Assembly (NCBI GenBank): GCA_942492995.1
Contig: OW818653.1
Coordinates: forward strand, 30,001-62,000
DNA: 32,000 nt
From: an uncultured Erysipelotrichaceae bacterium
GTDB taxonomy: Bacteria > Bacillota_I > Bacilli_A > Erysipelotrichales > Erysipelotrichaceae
Direction: 5' to 3'
Notes under the pieces: generated by a model
What the model saw: only the letters and a program-made list of their open reading frames with translations
What the model was told of the DNA's origin: nothing
Databases searched by the model: none
Made by a program: the position numbers and the translations under genes
Shown: piece by piece, positions 19,310-26,226 of the stretch
Layout of the letters: every line of letters begins with the position of its first letter
How positions within the stretch are numbered: the stretch's first letter is position 1

Positions 19310-20308
19310 ATGAAAAAACTCTTAACCAGTTTATTTATTCTTGCTTTAGTCGCATGTACGCCAGTTGTAGAAGTTCCTGAAGAAGTTATTGAAGAACCAG
19401 TAGAAGAGGAAGAAGTAATAGTATATCCATATGTTTCTATCTACACAGGTTTAGGCTCAATGACTGAAAGTAATAAAGCGATTGCGGTTATGATTGGTAA
19501 TACATCAGAAGCGCGTCCTCAATCCGGCTTAAGCTTAGCGGATGTTGTATATGAAATTCGTGTAGAAGGTGGTATAACGCGATTAATGGCGATATTCTCT
19601 AGCCAATTCCCAGAGAAAGTCGGACCAATTCGAAGTATACGTATTCCTTTTGTACAGAAAGTAAATGAATGGAAGATTGGTATAGCTCATTATGGAGGCG
19701 CATCAACAGGCTTAGGTGATGCACTAGGTTTATTAGATAAATCAAAACCAGTTATTCGTTATGATGGCGTAAAAGGGAGTAATAGTGAATTCTTTTATAG
19801 AAGTTCAGATCGTGAAGCACCACATAACGCGTACATTAAACTCGATGAAGCAGTAATTAAAGCCCCAACAATGAATTTAGTTGAAAAATTTGTATATACA
19901 ACAGACCCAATTCAAGGTGTTGATCAACTTGATTTTGATATTACATATGAATCGTATTATTCAATCAATTATGCATTCGATAATGAAACATTGAAATACA
20001 CACGTAGTATTAATGATGAAGTACAAATTGATGCGTACAATGATGAACCTATACAAGTTAAAAATATAATCGTTCAATATGTAACCCATCGAATTGTTGA
20101 GGATGTTGGATATGTTTTAGTTGATTTTACTAAGAGTGGTAAAGTAGAATACTTTATTGAAGGCAAACATTTTAGTGGGACATGGGAATATAACTCAGAT
20201 ACTAAGAGCACTGAGTATTATGATGAAGCAGGAAATAGTGTAAAATTAAGACCTGGTAATACTTGGATACAAGTAGCACTAAAGGATACAGAAATTAGTT
20301 TAAATTAA
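19310..20308 (+). CDS. DUF3048 (YerB-like) lipoprotein, paralog B
   Basis: Lipobox LVAC plus acidic linker VEVPEEVIEEPVEEEEV. Blocks AIAVMIGNTSEARPQSGLSLADVVYEIRVEGGITR and FPEKVGPIRSIRIPF. AAGGAG RBS. Confidence 0.8.
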   Translation: MKKLLTSLFILALVACTPVVEVPEEVIEEPVEEEEVIVYPYVSIYTGLGSMTESNKAIAVMIGNTSEARPQSGLSLADVVYEIRVEGGITRLMAIFSSQFPEKVGPIRSIRIPFVQKVNEWKIGIAHYGGASTGLGDALGLLDKSKPVIRYDGVKGSNSEFFYRSSDREAPHNAYIKLDEAVIKAPTMNLVEKFVYTTDPIQGVDQLDFDITYESYYSINYAFDNETLKYTRSINDEVQIDAYNDEPIQVKNIIVQYVTHRIVEDVGYVLVDFTKSGKVEYFIEGKHFSGTWEYNSDTKSTEYYDEAGNSVKLRPGNTWIQVALKDTEISLN

Positions 20309-20321
20309 ATAAGGAGAGTTT

Positions 20322-20876
20322 ATGAAAAAAGAAATATGTGTTGTCGTAGACATGATTAATGGATTTATCAATGAAGGAGTCTTAAGTGATCCAAGCATTA
20401 ATCAGATTGTGCCTGAAACAGTTAAAGTAGTAAAGTCATTTATCGATGATAAGAAGGATGTAATATCGTTCCAAGATACACATACAATGAGTTCTCTAGA
20501 GTTTGAATTCTATCCACCTCATTGTTTGAAGGATACGAGTGAAAGTGATTTAATTCCAGAATTAAAACCATTTGAATCACACATGATTAAAATAGAAAAA
20601 GATACTACGAATGGTTTCTTTGCGCCTAAGTTTCAAGCATATTTATTAGAAAATCCAGATTTAGAATCCGTCACAGTAGTCGGATGTTGTACAGATATTT
20701 GTGTTCTACAATTTACGCAAAGCTTAAAAACCTATACGCAAACTATTGGAAAGAAACTAGATATAAAAGTAGTTGAGAAGGCAGTTGATACATTCAATAC
20801 ACCGAATCATAATAAACAAGCATTTCATACAAACGCATTAGAACTTATGCGAAATGCAGGAATTCAAGTTATATAA
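20322..20876 (+). CDS. Isochorismatase-family cysteine hydrolase (nicotinamidase-like)
   Basis: 184 aa. N-terminal CVVVDMINGF (catalytic Asp region) and VVGCCTDICVLQ (nucleophile Cys motif). AAGGAGA RBS 13 nt after the upstream gene. Confidence 0.8.
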   Translation: MKKEICVVVDMINGFINEGVLSDPSINQIVPETVKVVKSFIDDKKDVISFQDTHTMSSLEFEFYPPHCLKDTSESDLIPELKPFESHMIKIEKDTTNGFFAPKFQAYLLENPDLESVTVVGCCTDICVLQFTQSLKTYTQTIGKKLDIKVVEKAVDTFNTPNHNKQAFHTNALELMRNAGIQVI

Positions 20877-20896
20877 CACGGGAAACCGTGTTTTTG
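20875..20896 (+). terminator. Rho-independent terminator
   Basis: aacacgg / gaaa / ccgtgtt hairpin followed by tttt. Confidence 0.7.
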
Positions 20897-20911
20897 TTTG
20901 TGAAAATATTA

Positions 20912-20939
20912 TTGAAGTCAAAAAGATAAATGTTAGAAT
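20912..20939 (+). promoter_or_regulatory. Promoter with extended -10, immediately upstream of the ABC-2 ATPase gene
   Basis: TTGAAG, 16 nt spacer, then TAGAAT preceded by TGt. The -10 ends 9 nt before the ATG at 20949. Confidence 0.45.
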
Positions 20940-20948
20940 AGAATCAGA

Positions 20949-21869
20949 ATGAAAAATGAAATCATAAGAATAAACGATTTAAGTAAGTCCTATGGGAAAT
21001 TACAAGCGGTCAAAAACATTTCTTTAAATGTGTACGAAGGAGAACTCTTCGCTTTTCTTGGCCCCAATGGAGCAGGTAAGTCCACTACAATTAATATCTT
21101 AAGTACTCTATTAGAGAATGACACTGGAGATATTGAGATTAACCAACATATACTGGGAAAAGAAAATGATTTGATTCGTAATGATATCGGTATTGTGTTC
21201 CAACATTCTTTTTTAGATAACCTTTTAACAGTTAAAGAAAATTTAATAACGCGTGCCAGTTTTTATGGTTTAGAAAAAGCTGTCATAAATAAGCGTATAA
21301 ATACGTTAAGTGAACAATTATCATTAGGAGAATTTATTAATCGACCATATGGTAAATTATCTGGTGGTCAAAGACGTCGTGCAGATATTGCACGTGCATT
21401 AGTTAATCATCCCAAAATTTTATTCTTAGATGAACCAACAACTGGATTAGATCCTCAAACACGGCATAGTATTTGGACGTATATCGAAGATTTAAGAATC
21501 AAGCACAAAATGACAATCTTTCTTACAACACATTACATGGAAGAAGCCGCAAAATGTGATCGTGTTTGTGTAATTGATCATGGTCAAATATTAGAATTAA
21601 AGACACCTCGTGAATTAAGAGTTCAATATGCGCCTACCTTAATGCGAATTAAATCTGAGTTAATTAATGAAGAATCGATTAAACAGTTTAATTTTCCATA
21701 TCAAAAAACAAATGATGGATATGAAATAATCTTAAAAGAGAGTAAAGATGCGTATTTAATATTAGATGCACATCGTAATGAAATCGATCAATTTGAAGTT
21801 GTGGAAGGTACGATGGATACTGTATTCTTAGCGCTGACTGGAAAGACGATTCGGGAGGATGGGGTATGA
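20949..21869 (+). CDS. ABC transporter ATP-binding protein (ABC-2/DrrA-like exporter subfamily)
   Basis: Walker A GPNGAGKST, signature LSGGQRRRADIARAL, Walker B ILFLDEPTTGLD, H-loop TTHYMEEA. Confidence 0.9.
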   Translation: MKNEIIRINDLSKSYGKLQAVKNISLNVYEGELFAFLGPNGAGKSTTINILSTLLENDTGDIEINQHILGKENDLIRNDIGIVFQHSFLDNLLTVKENLITRASFYGLEKAVINKRINTLSEQLSLGEFINRPYGKLSGGQRRRADIARALVNHPKILFLDEPTTGLDPQTRHSIWTYIEDLRIKHKMTIFLTTHYMEEAAKCDRVCVIDHGQILELKTPRELRVQYAPTLMRIKSELINEESIKQFNFPYQKTNDGYEIILKESKDAYLILDAHRNEIDQFEVVEGTMDTVFLALTGKTIREDGV

Positions 21870-22750
21870 AAATAATCTTATCACTCAGTTTGCGTAACTT
21901 AAGATTGTTTGTACGCGATAGAGCTCTTGTGTTCTTTTCATTTCTATCTGTACTAATCATTCTTGGTCTGTATGTACTATTCCTAGGTGAAATTCAAGTT
22001 GAAAACATTCGCCAAATGATAGGCATGGATATTCCTGAAATTGATGCCTTAGTCTATGCATGGATGTTGCCGGGATTGATTGCGGTTGCGAGTATGACAT
22101 TATCGCTTGGTAATATGGGAAGATTAGTTGATGATGCTCAAGCAGAGAATCTAAATGATTTCTTAGTTTCTCCGCTTAAACGTTGGCAATTAATTCTCTC
22201 TTATGTATTGTCGAGCATTACAATAACTTCAGTTATTAGTTTATTTATGTTTGTGTTAAGTATTATTATTGTAAAAGTTAAAGGTGGACCATGGCTGAAC
22301 TTTGAACAGATTATTCAATCATTAGGAATAATGTTCTTATTAATCATATCGTCAGCGCTTCTAAGTTTATATATCGCATCTTGGGTTAAAACACAGAATG
22401 CGTATGGGGTAGTGAACTCTATGGTTGGTACATTTATTGGGTTTGTGACAGGAGCGTATATGCCGATGGGTATAATGCCTGTATTTGTTCAAAATATGTT
22501 TAATATCTTACCGGTATCGTTAGGTGCAAGTTTACTAAGACAAATATATTTAGCTCCAATAATGGATAAAGTATTTGTTGGTGCACCTATTGAAATGGTT
22601 AATGAATATCGATATTTTCAAGGAATTGACTTAAAAGTATTTGGACATTTGTTAGAACCAAATTTTATGTTAATAGCGATATTTATCAGTATAGGATTAT
22701 TGTTTATCCTTAATCTTGTACGATTCAGTAAACTTAGTAAAAGAATGTAA
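21866..22750 (+). CDS. ABC-2-type transporter permease
   Basis: ATGA overlap with the ATPase gene. 294 aa, about 6 TM, with the typical large loop after TM1. Confidence 0.8.
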   Translation: MKIILSLSLRNLRLFVRDRALVFFSFLSVLIILGLYVLFLGEIQVENIRQMIGMDIPEIDALVYAWMLPGLIAVASMTLSLGNMGRLVDDAQAENLNDFLVSPLKRWQLILSYVLSSITITSVISLFMFVLSIIIVKVKGGPWLNFEQIIQSLGIMFLLIISSALLSLYIASWVKTQNAYGVVNSMVGTFIGFVTGAYMPMGIMPVFVQNMFNILPVSLGASLLRQIYLAPIMDKVFVGAPIEMVNEYRYFQGIDLKVFGHLLEPNFMLIAIFISIGLLFILNLVRFSKLSKRM

Positions 22751-22758
22751 TAAGAAAT

Positions 22759-22786
22759 AAGATCGCTATTTATTGGCGATCTTTTT
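22759..22786. terminator. Bidirectional terminator between the ABC-2 permease gene and convergent plsY
   Basis: aagatcgc / tatttattg / gcgatctt hairpin followed by ttt. Confidence 0.65.
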
Positions 22787-23395
22787 AATTGCTTTAGACA
22801 ATCGTCCTTCAGTATGATTTATTATTCTTCGATAATTAGGTAAATGATAATATAAGCTTAATAATGATCCACTAATACTTATAATAATCGGAATTAAACC
22901 CATCTTAAAATAGAAGGTAAACCCTATAACAAATAATGTTAGTGCTAAAGTACCTATTGTCACAAAATCAGTTATAAACGTAACTAGAATTATAATGCTA
23001 AACCCAATTAAACCAAGTATTGGATCTAATCCAATCAACACACCAAGCAAAGCCGCTGTACCTTTACCACCTTTAAAATTCATAAAGAATGGGTAAATAT
23101 GGCCTAAAATTACACTATAACCATTTAAATATAAGAGTAATGCGTCATTAGGATTGAAATCTAATTTATATATAAATTTAATAATAAGTATCGAAACTAT
23201 ACCTTTACTAACATCAATGTATCCAACTAATAATCCAAACTTCCATCCCAATGATTCTACCGCATTTGACGTACCTGCATTACCAAAACCCAATGTACGT
23301 ATATCAACTTTTTTGATTATTTTTGCCAATAAATAAGATGCTTGTATATTGCCTAATAAATATCCAATCATTATTGAAATAAGTATTTTATCCAT
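22766..23395 (-). CDS. plsY: Glycerol-3-phosphate acyltransferase PlsY
   Basis: Motifs GYLLGNIQASYLLAK, GFGNAGTSNA (the GSGNxGATN equivalent) and KGGKGTA. Start set at MDKIL by comparison with the usual PlsY N-terminal length. The ORF is open to 23437 and no candidate start has a clear RBS. Confidence 0.8.
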   Translation of the reverse strand: MDKILISIMIGYLLGNIQASYLLAKIIKKVDIRTLGFGNAGTSNAVESLGWKFGLLVGYIDVSKGIVSILIIKFIYKLDFNPNDALLLYLNGYSVILGHIYPFFMNFKGGKGTAALLGVLIGLDPILGLIGFSIIILVTFITDFVTIGTLALTLFVIGFTFYFKMGLIPIIISISGSLLSLYYHLPNYRRIINHTEGRLSKAIKKIANK

Positions 23396-23477
23396 AATAA
23401 AACTATACCATGGCATTATTTCAAAAGGAATTATCAATCAATCGATAATGTGAAAGTATGTAAATGATGTAAGAATG

Positions 23478-23506
23478 TTGACAATACATAATTATAGTAT
23501 TATATT
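23478..23506 (+). promoter_or_regulatory. Sigma-A-type promoter of the marR-ABC operon
   Basis: TTGACA, 17 nt spacer, TATATT. Confidence 0.55.
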
Positions 23507-23513
23507 AAATATT

Positions 23514-23528
23514 GTTTTGTATCAAAAC
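23514..23528 (+). promoter_or_regulatory. Candidate MarR operator palindrome
   Basis: GTTTTG-tat-CAAAAC perfect inverted repeat just downstream of the predicted -10, around the expected transcription start. Confidence 0.4.
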
Positions 23529-23558
23529 TATTTTGTAACCTAACGAAAGGAGAACACA

Positions 23559-24029
23559 ATGAACAATCAAGAAGATATCGTAAATGAGCTATTAGGTGTT
23601 TTACAACAGATAAAACGTAATCATCATGGTACGATGCCTAAGATTCCAATTCGTAAGAGTGAAATGTACACATTAATGAATCTAGGTAATCTATTAAAGA
23701 AATATCCTGACGGTGTTAAATTAGGTACGTTAAGTAAAGTATTAAACTTAGCTCCACCGACCGTAACGCCTATGATAAATGCTTTAGAAGAAAATGGGTA
23801 TATCGAACGAATAGGAAGTAAAGAAGATCGAAGAGTCGTATTTATTCGATTAACAGAGATGGGTCAAAAATTTCTAGATGAAAAAGAGAATCACTTTAAA
23901 TCGAATATAAAAGAATTAGTGAATTATCTTGGAGAAGAAGATTCGAAGACGTTTATTCGTATCGTTCAAAAAACGGCTAATTTTTTAAGCCAAATGTCAA
24001 AAGAAAACGAGGAAAATAGCAGTGATTAA
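23559..24029 (+). CDS. MarR-family transcriptional regulator
   Basis: Winged-helix segment LGTLSKVLNLAPPTVTPMINALEENGYIERIGSKEDRRVVFIRLTEMGQKFL. AAGGAGA RBS. Confidence 0.85.
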   Translation: MNNQEDIVNELLGVLQQIKRNHHGTMPKIPIRKSEMYTLMNLGNLLKKYPDGVKLGTLSKVLNLAPPTVTPMINALEENGYIERIGSKEDRRVVFIRLTEMGQKFLDEKENHFKSNIKELVNYLGEEDSKTFIRIVQKTANFLSQMSKENEENSSD

Positions 24030-26226
24030 ATTATTTACAAAATATTTAAAAGTTTATTGGTTAACAATCCTCGTAGTTCTAGGCTTGTTATATTATCAAA
24101 CAACCGCAGATTTAAAATTACCTGAATTAATGAGTAATATTGTTAATACAGGAATTACACGTCAAGGGATAGAAGATGCGACCATCGATGTTGTTCGCGA
24201 ATCAAAACTTGAACATTTATTCTTGTTTATGAATGAAGATGATAAAACATTTATCACGCAGAACTATGAATTAGTATTAACAGGAAATAGTGAATATCTT
24301 GATGATTATCCTATTCTTGAAACTGAGTCAGTATACATCTTAAATCTACAAGATGGTGTAACACGTGAAGATATCGCAACTGTTTTAGCGAAACCATTAC
24401 TTATCACATATGGAATCGATAGTGGTGTAGTTGATACAAGTAAATTACAGGTTCCAGCTGGAATGGATATTTATCAATTCTTTATGATGATGCCTGCTGA
24501 ACAAAGAGCGATGGTATTATCGAGCATGGCTAGTAACTTTGCGGAGATGAGTGATGATATGATTGCTCAATCTGCGACAGTAGCGATAAAAAATGAATAT
24601 GAATTAGTCGGTATTGATACAAGTAAAATCCAAATGGACTATATCTACAATATTGGTCTACAAATGATTTTATTCGCTTTAATGAGTGCAGTTATTACGA
24701 TATTAGTTGGTTTATTGTCTTCACGAATGGCAGCTGGAACAACTCGTACAATTCGTAAAGATGTATTCAGTAAAGTTGAGAACTTCTCAAGTGTTGAGTT
24801 TGATCAATTCTCTACAGCGTCTCTTATTACACGTACAGGTAATGATATTACTCAATTACAAATGTTAATCGTAATGATGTTTAGAACATTCTTCTATTCA
24901 CCAATCTTAGCGTATGGTGCAGTAATGAATGTTCTTGAAAGTAATGCGAATATGACTTGGATTATTGGTTTAGCACTTGTAGTAATCATGTCAATGATTG
25001 GCACAATGTTTGTAATCGTAATGCCTAAGTTTACCGCAATCCAAAAAATGTTGGATAAAGTAAACCTAGTAGCGCGTGAAAGCTTAACTGGCTTAATGGT
25101 TGTACGTGCATTCAAAACAGAAAAGCATGAAGAAGAACGTTTTGATAACGCAAATAAAGACTTAGCGAAAATTAACTTATTCGTATCCCGTGCCACATCA
25201 TTCTTAATGCCACTTATGACATTTGTCTTTAGTGGAGTAACACTTATGATTGTTTGGTATGGATCAATACAAATTGATATTGGTGAATTGCAAGTCGGGG
25301 ATATGATGGCATTTATGCAATATTCGATGCAAATCATTATGTCATTCATGATGATCACAATGATGTTTATCTTAATCCCTCGTGCTTCAGTATCATCAAA
25401 ACGTATTCTTGAAGTATTAGAAAAACCACTTACGATCCTTGATGCGCCTCATACCGTTGAATTCGTTAAGGATGAAACTGGGGTTGTTGAGTTTGATAAT
25501 GTAAATTTTAAATATCCAAATGCGGATGATTATGTTCTAAAGAATATAAGTTTTAAAGCGAATAAAGGTCAAATGACAGCGATTATCGGATCAACTGGTT
25601 CAGGTAAATCAAGCTTAATCAATTTGATTCCACGTTTCTATGATGTATCATCTGGAACCATTAAAGTTAATGGAAGAGATGTAAAAGAAGTTAAACAAAT
25701 CGATTTAAGAGATCGCATTGGGTATATTCCTCAGAAGGCAGTCTTATTTAGTGGAACAATTGAATCTAATTTGAGATACGCCAAAGAGGACGCATCACAA
25801 GTTGAACTTGATAAATCCATTGAAATTGCACAAGCATCGAATATTGTGAGTGAAAAACCAGGGCATTATCAAGAACCAATAAGTCAAGGTGGTACAAATG
25901 TCTCAGGTGGTCAGAAACAACGTCTATCAATCGCTCGTGCATTAGTTAAGAATCCTGATATTTATATCTATGATGATTCGTTCTCAGCACTCGACTATAA
26001 GACAGATGCAGCACTTCGTGCAGCGCTTCAAAAAGATTTATCGGATAAAACATTAATCGTAGTAGCTCAACGTATATCAACCATCATGAATGCGGATCAA
26101 ATCATCGTATTAAATGAAGGTGAGATTGTTGGTAGAGGTACACATGATGAATTAATGGATAACTGTGAAGTTTATCGTGAAATCGCGTTCTCACAATTAT
26201 CCAAGGAGGAATTAAACCATGAGTAA
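24022..26226 (+). CDS. ABC exporter permease/ATPase fusion, degenerate-NBD half of a heterodimer, with a large extracytoplasmic insert
   Basis: GTG start overlapping the marR stop (GTGATTAA), with GAGGA upstream. Walker A GSTGSGKSS, signature VSGGQKQR. Walker B is IYIYDDSFSALD (Asp replaces the catalytic Glu). H-loop is VAQRIST (Gln replaces His). Confidence 0.9.
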   Translation: MIKLFTKYLKVYWLTILVVLGLLYYQTTADLKLPELMSNIVNTGITRQGIEDATIDVVRESKLEHLFLFMNEDDKTFITQNYELVLTGNSEYLDDYPILETESVYILNLQDGVTREDIATVLAKPLLITYGIDSGVVDTSKLQVPAGMDIYQFFMMMPAEQRAMVLSSMASNFAEMSDDMIAQSATVAIKNEYELVGIDTSKIQMDYIYNIGLQMILFALMSAVITILVGLLSSRMAAGTTRTIRKDVFSKVENFSSVEFDQFSTASLITRTGNDITQLQMLIVMMFRTFFYSPILAYGAVMNVLESNANMTWIIGLALVVIMSMIGTMFVIVMPKFTAIQKMLDKVNLVARESLTGLMVVRAFKTEKHEEERFDNANKDLAKINLFVSRATSFLMPLMTFVFSGVTLMIVWYGSIQIDIGELQVGDMMAFMQYSMQIIMSFMMITMMFILIPRASVSSKRILEVLEKPLTILDAPHTVEFVKDETGVVEFDNVNFKYPNADDYVLKNISFKANKGQMTAIIGSTGSGKSSLINLIPRFYDVSSGTIKVNGRDVKEVKQIDLRDRIGYIPQKAVLFSGTIESNLRYAKEDASQVELDKSIEIAQASNIVSEKPGHYQEPISQGGTNVSGGQKQRLSIARALVKNPDIYIYDDSFSALDYKTDAALRAALQKDLSDKTLIVVAQRISTIMNADQIIVLNEGEIVGRGTHDELMDNCEVYREIAFSQLSKEELNHE

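Noticed and set aside
17274-20308. The two inverted DUF3048 genes as an invertible DNA segment or recombination switch around the EamA gene.
   Set aside because: The copies are diverged, only about two-thirds identical at protein level by eye. There are no long identical nucleotide tracts, no recombinase gene nearby and no flanking short inverted-repeat sites.
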